A DNA stretch of 60,374 nucleotides, the filler included, from Blastocystis sp. subtype 4 (Eukaryota), in assembly GCF_000743755.1 (NCBI RefSeq). It is 3 parts of 3 records of this genome, joined end to end, with 100 filler letters (N's around TTAATTAATTAA, not from the genome) between each part and the next. Parts side by side here need not be neighbours in the genome. Positions count along the whole stretch, not along the records: positions 19,823 to 38,220 come from NW_014569331.1; 2 more parts are not named here. One strand, written 5' to 3'. Of the stretch, positions 25,854-35,919 are shown piece by piece. The first letter of the stretch is position 1; each line of letters opens with the position of its first letter. Below the pieces are notes generated by a model. The model was not told the DNA's origin, searched no databases, and saw only the letters and a program-made list of their open reading frames with translations. The translations under genes were made by a program, and so were the position numbers.

Positions 25854-26672
25854 ATGGGAGACAAAGGTCTCTTTGACTGTTCAACTGCACAAACTGTTTC
25901 TTTAGGTCTTATTATTGCTGGAATACCTGTGGGCATCATTCTCCTCTTTATTCCTGCATGGTACGGACGATATGGAGATCGAAAGAGAATGTATTTGGGC
26001 TCACTTCCTGCCAAGGTTGCTTGGATGTTACAGGAATGTCCTTCGTTTCTTATTCCCTTTATCTATCTTGTGATGAATTTGTCTGTAATGAAGGATCATT
26101 GGGTAAATATTGTCTGTCTAGTATTCTTCCTATTTCATTACTTTTATCGGTAACCGAATTTGTATTCCATCCCATCTAGAGCCTTTATTTATCCCTTCAG
26201 GATCCAAAATGGGAAAAACACCCCAACAGAACTCTTCCTACTGGCTGTTGTTTTCTGTATCCTCAATGGATATGACCAAGCTGTTTACCAAATTACTCCC
26301 TGTCAAGTTCATACAGTTTCATGGTTATACGATCCGCGATTCATCATCGGTGTCATTCTTTTCATTGCGGGTCTCAGTATTAACTGGCAGTCAGATGCTA
26401 TTCTGCGTTCTCTCCGAGCTGACGGAAGTTCAGGATATAAGATTCCTCATGGTGGCATGTTTGAGTATGTGTCTGGTGCAAACTATTTTGGTGAATGTAT
26501 TGAATGGATTGGATACGCTTGTTTATGCTGGAATCTGGGAGCCCTGGCCTTCGCTTTCTTTACGATAGCAAATATAGGTCCTCGCGCACTACAGCATCAC
26601 AAGTGGTATAAGAATACATTTGGAGACGAGTATCCTTCCTCACGTAAAGCCCTCATTCCATATCTCTTATAA
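25854..26672 (+). CDS. 3-oxo-5-alpha-steroid 4-dehydrogenase (SRD5A/DET2 family)
   Basis: AWYGRY, AWMLQECPS, HYFYR|AFIYP, NWQSDAILRSLR, GYKIPHGGMFEYVSGANYFGECIEWIG, PRALQHHKWY, RKALIPY. One intron. Confidence 0.92.
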
Positions 26673-26674
26673 TA

Positions 26675-26689
26675 TGTTTGTAACAAACA
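26675..26689. terminator. Near-palindromic bidirectional 3'-end element TGTTTGTAACAAACA
   Basis: TGTTTGTA on + (SRD5A) overlapping TGTTTGTT on - (UTP10). Confidence 0.8.
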
Positions 26690-26705
26690 CTCATGTAAAG
26701 GACAA

Positions 26706-29700
26706 TTACATAGTCAAATAGGATGTTAATTCTTCACCTGATAACGACTCCAATTGATGACGCAATTCCTGAGCCATCTTCTCCACTTCTGCATCCTCAT
26801 CCTCCAGCAAATCGGCTAAGAATGGAATCACATCTGGCAATAATGGTAAATACTCCTGTGCCATTCTATCAAAACACTCACGAATCACCCGAATGGCCAC
26901 CAACTTTACTGCATTGATAGGTGATCGTGTTTGTAACAATACTTGGTGGTTAAGTGATTGCCACCAATCATCATGTCCAGAGGTTGATACAACCAATTGA
27001 ACCACTGTTGGCACCACATAGCTCTGCATAAACTTACCATACTCCGTAACATAATCAGGTACAAAATATGAACCAATTAACCTTACTAAAGGTGTTGAAA
27101 CACTACTCACCTTCTCTTCATCCAACCAACCCTCTGAATCATACAGAAAACAACGATACAGAGACAATACAACCAATTTCGTTACATGGAATAAATCTTG
27201 TTGACTTGCTTGCTCTTCTGCTGGTTTCTCTCTCTTACATGTTTTACTAAATGCTTCCAAGAACCCAATACCAATACTAAAGAAATGACCAAAAAAGGGG
27301 GTAAAAATGGATTTCAATTTTGAAGCCAATTCTGTTACCAATGCATAGAATGGGATTGCTTTTGCAACAGGAGGAAGTTCTGATTGTTCTGAGACTGTTG
27401 CTTTCTCTTCCATCCAAGCAACAGTCTGAATGAACAGTGGTGTAAGTTGGGCCTCGCTTAACTTCAGTGTTATACTGATCATCGCTCCCACAACAGCTGT
27501 TTCCACCTTCGTTATCGACTCTTCATCCACTTCTTCAGCTGACCACTTTGAACGGGCTTCTAATCCCTGGACACAAAATGTCCAGATTTTAACAGCATAC
27601 GTTTCTATTTTATCCTCAGGAATACGATCTACAACCAATTTCAAGAGAATAAACAGTTGACAAACACTACTAGGAGAATGAGGAGGAAGGGATTTATAAG
27701 TGTCAATAACCGCGGGAAGAATCAGTCGTGTTTCAATCTGTTCACTTATCAATTCATAGAGTGCCTGAACAGAATTCTTCAATACTGGTTTATCAATCAT
27801 AAGCAGAGTAGGTGAGAGAAGTAAGACCAGCATCTGATGAAGATACACAGAAAGCAATCCACTTTGATTCTGGACGACTGCAGCTAATGAGGAAAGAAGT
27901 GATTGAAGTAACATCAAAATCTCCTCTCGTTGACTCTGACGCTCTGTTATAGCATCTCCACTCTCTTCTCCTTCTAGTAATTTCATTTCTTCATTCAATC
28001 CTTCTAATCGTTTCAATCCCTGATCCAATTCCTTGAGAAGTGCTGGAGCGAATTTAGGCAGAAAAGGAAGAATTCGAATACCCAGTTTGGAACATAACAT
28101 TGAGAGAGCAATGTAAGCAGAACCCTTCAGTGCCTGGATGCCTGATGCTGATGAGGTGGCTTGAGAAATTATTGTAATGACACTTTGCACAGCTGGTAGG
28201 AAGACATCAGGATACTCTGAAGCAAAGAATTGAGTCAAAATATGAATTGAGAGAAGTGCTGTCTGACGAGTCACCGCTAATTCTGATGGATTGTCACATA
28301 ATCCAACCAGATTTTGTACAAACCCTAAATAGGCCTGAATATCGTCATTTGACAGAGATTCTTCACTCTCATGTATCTTCGTATTTAACATGACTAAGGC
28401 CCGTTTACGAACAGTTCCATCTCCATTCCTGATCAAGACACTAATGATCGTAATCAACGTAGGAACCGTAAGCACCTCACTGAACACCGTCACACAATCA
28501 TAAACCACTCCTTCCACTGTTTTCAATCCAGACAGTACTTCCAATTCTTCTTCTGTGCGTTTACGACCACGAGACTGTTCTCCTATTCGCTCCTTATTCA
28601 CAGAACAGTTCTGAAGAAGAATTAGCAGGCTCTCAATAATATGAACAAAATACTTCTGAATTTTGTCACTATCACGTTCAGCTGATGTCACTTTACCAAT
28701 GAAAGTAGGATGACTTACAATGTCTCTTACAAAGTGAACCACAACTTGATCAATTGTAAGGATAGTAGTCTCTTTCTGTCTCCATTCTTCCAGAGGTAAT
28801 GAACCTACGAGAGCCTGAGTAAGAGCCTCTATTCGATTCATTTCTCTCTTGTTCTCATGTGTCAAATCCATCAGATACTCTGCAAATGATACCAGCACAC
28901 CAAGTGCCTGGATCTGAGGTATCAAATTAACTCCCATAAACACAGAAGTCACAAATCGATAGATTCCAGAGGCAGCAAGCTCACTATTCTGAACACGACT
29001 AGAAGGAATCTCCATCTCCTTGCCAATACTGATAGCATTGTTTAGTAAGAGGAGATAGGCGATACTATGACCGATATAATTGATAGATGAGTGAGCAATG
29101 AATGTATTGAGAAGTTGGATACTCTGAGAATATGGTAAATATGGAACACACGATAAAAACGTCTTGTATACACGAAGGATCTGTTTCTCATCATTAAAAC
29201 GACGAAGACAATGAGTGAGAACAGAAATAATCACAGCAAATGCTTCTTCGTCTTGATTGACAATAACTCGAGTAGCCAAATCATCAAAACAAATGAAGAG
29301 ATGTTCATTGATTGTATCCGAATGCATTGAAGCTAATACTGACAGTAACTGAAGACAGGTCTTATTGATCTGAGTGGTCAGATTGAGATTGATCAAATCC
29401 ACAAGCAATTGAGGCTGAATCATGATATCTGTATGAATAGAAACACTGTTACGACGAGCACGTTTCGTTGGTGGCTGAGAATTAGCAGTCTGGAGAGTTT
29501 GCTGTGATGTAATAACACGTACAGGATTCGTTGAAGCAGATAGAATGGAGTACAAACACTCTAACAGAATCTGAATTGGATAAAACAATGCCAATGTATC
29601 ACTCAATGCAACATTTGTCTCATTCACAGATTCGATTTCCATCTCTCCTGCAGTGGCTCGTTGTGTCTCCTCTTTCAATGTATCTCGAGGTATTGTGTGA

Positions 29701-32700
29701 GCTTTCACAATGGTCACCAGACGAGTTAGAATCACTAACAAAGGATCAATCACTTGAATGTCCTGCTGGAACTTGGGATTTCTTGTTACTACCTCGATGA
29801 ATCCCGTCATTAGCTGGATTTGATCGAACTCCGATTCTCCGTCATGCACCAAACTCTGAGCCTCCTCCATCAATAGCATAACGGACAGATCCAAATGGTT
29901 CACACTCTCATACACTTGAACTGCGTCTACTGAATGAATACGCGATGCTACGCACAACATAGCATGAAAGAGGGATTGTCGTTCTGGAGCATTCATTGCT
30001 CTAAATACATCGTTTGTGATGTCTTCAAGAACCACACTCAAAGGAGCAAACGGTCCAGTAGGCGTATTCACCATCAAATCCTTCTGCATGAAGGAAAACA
30101 AAGCTGAACGGAACTCTTGTTGATGAATCAGGGTTTGGGACATTGCTCTAAAGAACCATGGTACTAATAGTGCCCATTCCTCCTTACCTTCGATGGAGCA
30201 TTCTTGAGTCATATCCATCTTCTGATATTCCACCACACACCGTTGCAATACAGCCTCTTCGGAAGATTCTGTGTATGGAATACGCTGGCACAGGCGAAGA
30301 TACTTCACTCGCATTCCTTCAGGCTCCATTCCCAGAATTAAAGGTAAGAGAATCGTTGACAAAGAATCACGGGGAACAGAAGAATTCTCGGCAAAGAGAA
30401 GACCAAACTTAATCGGGAACATCTTCGCATCATCACGAATTTCCCCGCGGAATCCGAGTATAAACTGAATGAGCTGAATCAAAATTGCTTCCTTCCCTGA
30501 ATCCTTCTCTCCTATCATTCCATTCTCTCGACTATTACGTCGTGGCTTCTTTCCACCTTTCAAACACAAAGCATCCAGTAACAGCAAGGCTGTAGATCGT
30601 ACCGACAGCACAGGGCTCTGGAGGTGAATGAGTACTGCAAGGAGACAAGAACTGAATGCTCCATACGAGAGAGAATTTTGAGCAGATATATAGTTCAACA
30701 TCTTATTCAGAGCATGAAGGAGGATATTCGATTCATTGCTACAAAGGAGAAGAGTACTGAATGGAAGTGAAGGATCCTGTGTCCACACTGTCGAAGCGAC
30801 ATAGTTTGCTACAATCATGTAGCAGCTCTGCTGGGGAGAAAAGCGAGTGAAACAGTAGCAAATGATTGTCAATGGATGAGCTGATAAAGATTGATATTGA
30901 GAATAGTTTGGAAGCAAAGCTTGCGTTTCCCATGACAGATTTGTGGCACACACCACTAAGAGAGACAGCATAAAACGAACTGTTTCGAGAGGAGAGAGCA
31001 TCAGAGGCATTGCATCAAAAGCCTTCCAAGACAGAGAACTCAATTCATTCAGAGATAGTTTCAGCTTTGCCACCTCCTCACCAGGCATCTCTTCAAGCAC
31101 AGACATGGCATGCGCACAGAGACAACATGCCACCTCAGACTGGAAGGACGATTGAGGGAGAGTCTGTAATAGTGCCACTCCAACATGAACAAAGAATGAA
31201 GAAACTGGAGACTTCAGAGCCATCTGGAGAGATTGCAACACCATTACAGACTGATTCTCCTTGTCAGCCAACCGCTTTGCAAGGATCTCCCAGAGACTCT
31301 TATGATTAATCTTTTTACCTTTGATAGAACCAATCTGAGCAAAAGGATGAGGGATCATACACAACACAGCCAAACAATCCTTCAAATACTCTGCAGATTC
31401 GTTATGCAAGAGATAGGAATACAAAATACACAATGTTGTGATTAAGGTTTCGGGCGTTTCATTCTGAACCACGGGAATAATATCTAATTGGCTCAATAAG
31501 CGGAATACAACCGCAACCACCTTTTCAGCATTTCCTTCAATCAATTTCGTATGTCCCAGCTCATTGAAAAGAACAGACACAAGAGAAGTATTGTCAAATA
31601 CATGAAGCAGCTGTTCCAGAGGTACCGAGAGAATACGTAACGACAAGTCCAAGTAATCATCCTCCAACAACGATGCTATGCTATTCTTTAAGAATTCCCG
31701 TTGATTGAGAGGCGTTTCGTTAGAACAAGAAACAATCTGTTGGATCAGAAGATCACAAACCTCCTTGCGCACAACGTATGTGCGATTTTCAATATTGAGG
31801 AAGAGAGTTCGACCATTGCTCAGAACCATGTGAGAGGAACCATAGAAGAGACTTTGTGTGATGGGCTTCAGAGGTGTTTCCTGAGGTAACTCACTCACAT
31901 AGGCATCAAACACCTCCGAATACTGACTACTCAAGGTCAGGAGGAGTTTTTCCACGCGTTCCTGTTGAGAAGAAGTGAGAGTAAGCGTGGATAGGACCTG
32001 GTTCAGACTATCCAAACAGAGTTTCATGTAAGTATGGGCTTCATCGGGACGAATCAACTGTGCGAACACAGAGAGAGTTTCGAGATAAGTGGAGTCCTCG
32101 AGAAGAAGAGTATTCAGAGCAGGAGCCACAGCAGAGAGAATGGGAAGCAAAGAAGCCTTCTGTGAAAGACTCTGGAGTGAGGATGGAAGAGTAGGATTCT
32201 GGAAGAACTGTTGAGCTGTTGCTACAGGCATAGTATACGTAGCATTGCTGCGGAAGAGAAGAAGGAGACATTCCACTAAACGCTGCAAATTGCAGTGATC
32301 TGTTCGTAGTAAACTATTCAAGCAGGCCGTTATGATATCTTCACTCAATGTCACATTAATAGCAATCTGAGCAAGAATTAGGAGACTTGTGGCCTGGAAT
32401 TCCGAATTGGTGGAACTGAAACCAACAGAAGCAAAACCGATTAAAGAACGAACTACTTGCTCTTTTAAAGCACCCAAACGAACAATATCCACTACAATTG
32501 CACAAACCAGAGTCAGATGAGCAACAGGAAGCATTCCAGCCATGTTGAGACGACGAATACCATTTAGAATAAAGTCCAGGAATGCCTGGTCCTTGATACA
32601 CTGGGTTGATAGAGTTCCACGAATAATGGGTGTTTCCACTTTCTTTGCACTCTCTAGAAATAGAAAGATGCTCTTATCGAGTCTGAGAATCTTAAATACT

Positions 32701-33125
32701 CGAGCAAACAGTGGACTTTCATGATAAGGAAGTACAGCCAAGAAAAAGTCCTCAGCGTTGAATGTATGAATACTCAATCGACGGATCAAATACTCTAATG
32801 ACTTTTGGACACATCTCAACAACATGTAAGGAGCCACCGAAAACAAGTAGTCCTGGACCATTTCATCAATCTCCTTATTCTCTGCATCCGTGACATTCTC
32901 TCGATTTGTCGATAATAAACGGTTTCCAAAGAGTGTCTCGTCAAATCGCTGAAAACGACTGTCGATACGAATTAATTCCATAATTCCGTTTCGACCAAGA
33001 GAGTAGACAGCTTGAATACTCATCTTCGCTGCTTCCTTGGGAGAGAACAGGATAGACGAATAATCAACCACATCTGCATTTGCAACACGAATTGACTTTA
33101 ATTGGGCTGCAAGTTGGGTTTGCAT
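26706..33125 (-). CDS. UTP10: U3 snoRNP protein Utp10/HEATR1 (single continuous ORF)
   Basis: TQLAAQL, SILFSPKEAA, LEYLIRR, LPYHE; C-terminal LKLSEAQLTPLF, LKSIFTPF, EYLPLLPDVIPFLADLLEDED.EVE. Start taken at MQTQLAAQL. Confidence 0.95.
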   Translation of the reverse strand: MQTQLAAQLKSIRVANADVVDYSSILFSPKEAAKMSIQAVYSLGRNGIMELIRIDSRFQRFDETLFGNRLLSTNRENVTDAENKEIDEMVQDYLFSVAPYMLLRCVQKSLEYLIRRLSIHTFNAEDFFLAVLPYHESPLFARVFKILRLDKSIFLFLESAKKVETPIIRGTLSTQCIKDQAFLDFILNGIRRLNMAGMLPVAHLTLVCAIVVDIVRLGALKEQVVRSLIGFASVGFSSTNSEFQATSLLILAQIAINVTLSEDIITACLNSLLRTDHCNLQRLVECLLLLFRSNATYTMPVATAQQFFQNPTLPSSLQSLSQKASLLPILSAVAPALNTLLLEDSTYLETLSVFAQLIRPDEAHTYMKLCLDSLNQVLSTLTLTSSQQERVEKLLLTLSSQYSEVFDAYVSELPQETPLKPITQSLFYGSSHMVLSNGRTLFLNIENRTYVVRKEVCDLLIQQIVSCSNETPLNQREFLKNSIASLLEDDYLDLSLRILSVPLEQLLHVFDNTSLVSVLFNELGHTKLIEGNAEKVVAVVFRLLSQLDIIPVVQNETPETLITTLCILYSYLLHNESAEYLKDCLAVLCMIPHPFAQIGSIKGKKINHKSLWEILAKRLADKENQSVMVLQSLQMALKSPVSSFFVHVGVALLQTLPQSSFQSEVACCLCAHAMSVLEEMPGEEVAKLKLSLNELSSLSWKAFDAMPLMLSPLETVRFMLSLLVVCATNLSWETQALLPNYSQYQSLSAHPLTIICYCFTRFSPQQSCYMIVANYVASTVWTQDPSLPFSTLLLCSNESNILLHALNKMLNYISAQNSLSYGAFSSCLLAVLIHLQSPVLSVRSTALLLLDALCLKGGKKPRRNSRENGMIGEKDSGKEAILIQLIQFILGFRGEIRDDAKMFPIKFGLLFAENSSVPRDSLSTILLPLILGMEPEGMRVKYLRLCQRIPYTESSEEAVLQRCVVEYQKMDMTQECSIEGKEEWALLVPWFFRAMSQTLIHQQEFRSALFSFMQKDLMVNTPTGPFAPLSVVLEDITNDVFRAMNAPERQSLFHAMLCVASRIHSVDAVQVYESVNHLDLSVMLLMEEAQSLVHDGESEFDQIQLMTGFIEVVTRNPKFQQDIQVIDPLLVILTRLVTIVKAHTIPRDTLKEETQRATAGEMEIESVNETNVALSDTLALFYPIQILLECLYSILSASTNPVRVITSQQTLQTANSQPPTKRARRNSVSIHTDIMIQPQLLVDLINLNLTTQINKTCLQLLSVLASMHSDTINEHLFICFDDLATRVIVNQDEEAFAVIISVLTHCLRRFNDEKQILRVYKTFLSCVPYLPYSQSIQLLNTFIAHSSINYIGHSIAYLLLLNNAISIGKEMEIPSSRVQNSELAASGIYRFVTSVFMGVNLIPQIQALGVLVSFAEYLMDLTHENKREMNRIEALTQALVGSLPLEEWRQKETTILTIDQVVVHFVRDIVSHPTFIGKVTSAERDSDKIQKYFVHIIESLLILLQNCSVNKERIGEQSRGRKRTEEELEVLSGLKTVEGVVYDCVTVFSEVLTVPTLITIISVLIRNGDGTVRKRALVMLNTKIHESEESLSNDDIQAYLGFVQNLVGLCDNPSELAVTRQTALLSIHILTQFFASEYPDVFLPAVQSVITIISQATSSASGIQALKGSAYIALSMLCSKLGIRILPFLPKFAPALLKELDQGLKRLEGLNEEMKLLEGEESGDAITERQSQREEILMLLQSLLSSLAAVVQNQSGLLSVYLHQMLVLLLSPTLLMIDKPVLKNSVQALYELISEQIETRLILPAVIDTYKSLPPHSPSSVCQLFILLKLVVDRIPEDKIETYAVKIWTFCVQGLEARSKWSAEEVDEESITKVETAVVGAMISITLKLSEAQLTPLFIQTVAWMEEKATVSEQSELPPVAKAIPFYALVTELASKLKSIFTPFFGHFFSIGIGFLEAFSKTCKREKPAEEQASQQDLFHVTKLVVLSLYRCFLYDSEGWLDEEKVSSVSTPLVRLIGSYFVPDYVTEYGKFMQSYVVPTVVQLVVSTSGHDDWWQSLNHQVLLQTRSPINAVKLVAIRVIRECFDRMAQEYLPLLPDVIPFLADLLEDEDAEVEKMAQELRHQLESLSGEELTSYLTM

Positions 33126-33219
33126 TGGTACCAATTCAAACAAATTCTGAGAAAAACTGGTCTGTATAAGAAACAGGTGAAAAGAAGTAGCCAGTGACCA
33201 TTATACATCTGCCATCGAA

Positions 33220-33860
33220 TTAAAAACGTCCTGTAACAATTCGCACTTCCTCTGCATTTCTAGAGATCAGATGAGATTTTGACGTGTACATCTGTGGACA
33301 CATATACGTATCACCGTTCTTTCCGATCATGTTGTGACATCGAGGACAATAGTGCCGTCTACGATAAATTTTGATGCATTAGATTACGTTTCCTTTACAC
33401 AATCACAGCAGAGGAAGAAGAGAGAGAATGGACCAAGAACGAAGAAGAAGACGATTGCAAGTGTAATTGTGTTGGTAAAGGATCTATTTAGCATGTTTAT
33501 AAGGATATGCACAGCATCCAGCCTTTCGTTCGGCATATGTAGCATTGCAACTTCGGCAAATGTTGCAGTAAGCGTTTACTGGTCTAGAGTGATACCCCTC
33601 TGCTAAATTTACAAGTCTCCAAGCCGAGCAGTCGCAACAGTGAGCTCATTCTTAGTGGATTGCTTTGGTGCTTCTTGTTGGGGTGCCGTTTGACTTGCAT
33701 TCATAGAACTGTTGGATGACTGGGGAATGACAATAGGTTGCAAAACGGTTGTTGAGGACTGGGGTTGGGCAGAATAGACAGCAATGGGCTGAACAGGCAT
33801 TCCTTGAGGCTGAGAGATGACCGCTCTTTCTTGATATGTTTGCATCTGATTTGAAGCCAT
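33220..33860 (-). CDS. LITAF-like membrane-anchored zinc-ribbon protein
   Basis: P/Q-rich N-terminus, then PVNAYCNIC...AGCCA|ITLAIVFFFVLGPFSLFFLCCDCVKET|RHYCPRCHNMIG (CxxC - hydrophobic - HxCxxC). The exact C-terminus is uncertain. Confidence 0.85.
33469..33508 (-). other. U12-type AT-AC intron (40 nt) in the LITAF-like gene
   Basis: ATATCCTT donor, TCCTTTAC branch-like site, CAACAC end. The nearby GT-AG pair gives the wrong frame. Confidence 0.82.
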
Positions 33861-33920
33861 TTGCAATAATATGGAGAGGATCCATTATCATCCCAAACGA
33901 AGATTGCTAACAAACAAAGC

Positions 33921-35264
33921 AGGATACCACATAATTACCGAGAGAATACTCGCAGCCATTTTTCGTGATTCCAGCCAGTCCCGTGCGACAGTACACTCTG
34001 TCATCAGCTGCAATTAGACGATCACAAAGTAACGGAGACTTATTAGCAAAGAAGTTCATATCACAATGGTAGAAAAAGGTCATTGAGAAACGCTATATTG
34101 AATCCCTCTTTCATTTCCTACTTGTGGCTTAAAAATAGCCAATACATGATTAACAAGAGAAACATAATCACTGCACGCTATATTCGTCTCAAAACTAACA
34201 TAGCTGCAATGTGCCTCCGGAGTAATGTGAATGGTATAGAAACCACCCAAAGATAACCCATTCATAGAATACCCACAGGGAGTGAAGAGATAGTCATCTA
34301 TTATCGAGTCTGGGTAGATAGTGCCAATGCCTGAGTCCCTCTAGTTCTTACCTCCCTTCTTCATTCCTACTGTGACTTGTTGTGCAGTCATTGTATCATC
34401 AGTCTTAAAGAACTGCTTGGCTACAGTCTCCTCCATATCATACATCATTATATTCAGAAAACATGACTCCAACCCGCCTTCACACAACAAAGATTGATCA
34501 ACAGCCACTGGAGACGAAGGACCTCGGGAACGATACGACAACTCACATTGTCTTTCCTTTGGCTCACTGTCATGAGATCCCTCGCTACTCTCATCACTAG
34601 AGTCGTTTGGAGTACTGAAAAAAATGGGAGAACCGGGATCACTTGAGTATTCACTCTGAGTGTCTACTTGACTCCATTTCTCTGCTCCCTCCAATACCGC
34701 CTTCACAGACGAATACGTATCTTGACTAGATGAGAATAAGGGGCTGTATGTAAACAAGAACACATGATCTTTCGTGCTACCACCAAGAATAAAGGAATTC
34801 TCTTCTGGGAAAAAGCTCCGTAAATAAGCCTCCTACAATGATACAACTTTCCAATAACCTACAGCATCTTCCCAGGAATTGTGAGGATACACTTGACAAT
34901 CTGGATACAGGTAGTTTTTACTACTGTACAAAAGATACTCCAATTGTAGTCCTTTCTCTTTTAACAACTCCAAGATCAAGGGAATGGTGAGTAGCAATAA
35001 GGTTCTTCCGCAAGTTTTGAAAATACATATGTTCTCAAACACGAAGAGACTAGACTCAGATAGAACGTACGACGTACAGTTTCTGAATATCACATAGAAT
35101 CTTCACACATACTCGCTCTTGCACTCACTTAATATGGAACACTTCGCTGTAGTTAGGATGGATTCCCAAACACTTCTAGGAATACCGCGAAGTCCATCAT
35201 TCGGCTTTACAGACATGATTTTGATCTGCAATATCTTTTCAGCACCCTCAAAACCAGAATTCAT
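33921..35264 (-). CDS. AMD1: S-adenosylmethionine decarboxylase proenzyme; stop predicted to be completed by poly(A)
   Basis: MNSGFEGAEKIL, self-cleavage site YVLSESSLFV, KTCG, FTPCGYSMNG, TIHITPE..SYVSFE. In-frame T at 33921 lies 5 nt before TGTTTGTT (33916-33909). Confidence 0.95.
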
Positions 35265-35265
35265 C

Positions 35266-35343
35266 TCAGCAAAAGACGTTATTTTTATGACAATGACAAG
35301 TTTCCAAGGAATAGAATGGTATGTGAATCACACTTATAGGCAT
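35266..35343 (-). promoter_or_regulatory. Candidate upstream ORF (25 aa) ending 1 nt before the AdoMetDC ATG
   Basis: MPISVIHIPFYSLETCHCHKNNVFC, then TGA-G-ATG. Confidence 0.45.
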
Positions 35344-35919
35344 AGACAGAAGAGATGGCTGACTTCTATTTGTAACCCGTATGAGATGATTCTACCTAAG
35401 ATTCTGGTATTTCTTTTCTTACTTTAGAAAAGAATCACACAACGGGTAAAGAAATAATGATGTAATAATTGGTAAACAGATTGGGCAGATCCTATTTGAT
35501 GAACCAAATCTTGTTCCCATTCATAGAATGTTCCCCTAGAGCAAAGCGAACATATTCTTTCTGTACTTCTCATTCTCCGGATTTGTTGGTATACATCCCG
35601 AATTCTGTCATCTGAGAATTAGGGAATGTGAAAAGACACATTTCAAGAAATGTATATCCCATTAGTGCGTTGTTTATTCTGCTTGAATGAATCATACTAG
35701 TCGTTAAATACCCAATATTCTTCTCTTTTAGTCACATTTGCTTGCTAGATAAAACTGAACCTTAGTTAATCCTCTTCAACTCTTCCGTTCATAGAGATGC
35801 CTAGAAGATGTTATGCAATGGAATTACCTTAGTTAACTGACGATTATCTTTACCTCAGATTTGTTACTCTGTCACATCTTTCAATCTTTGAAATCCGTTA
35901 GAAACAACAACAAACAAAT

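Noticed and set aside
26723..32724. Many short ORFs antisense to or overlapping UTP10 and other genes
   Set aside because: Shadow frames of real coding sequence with no motifs.
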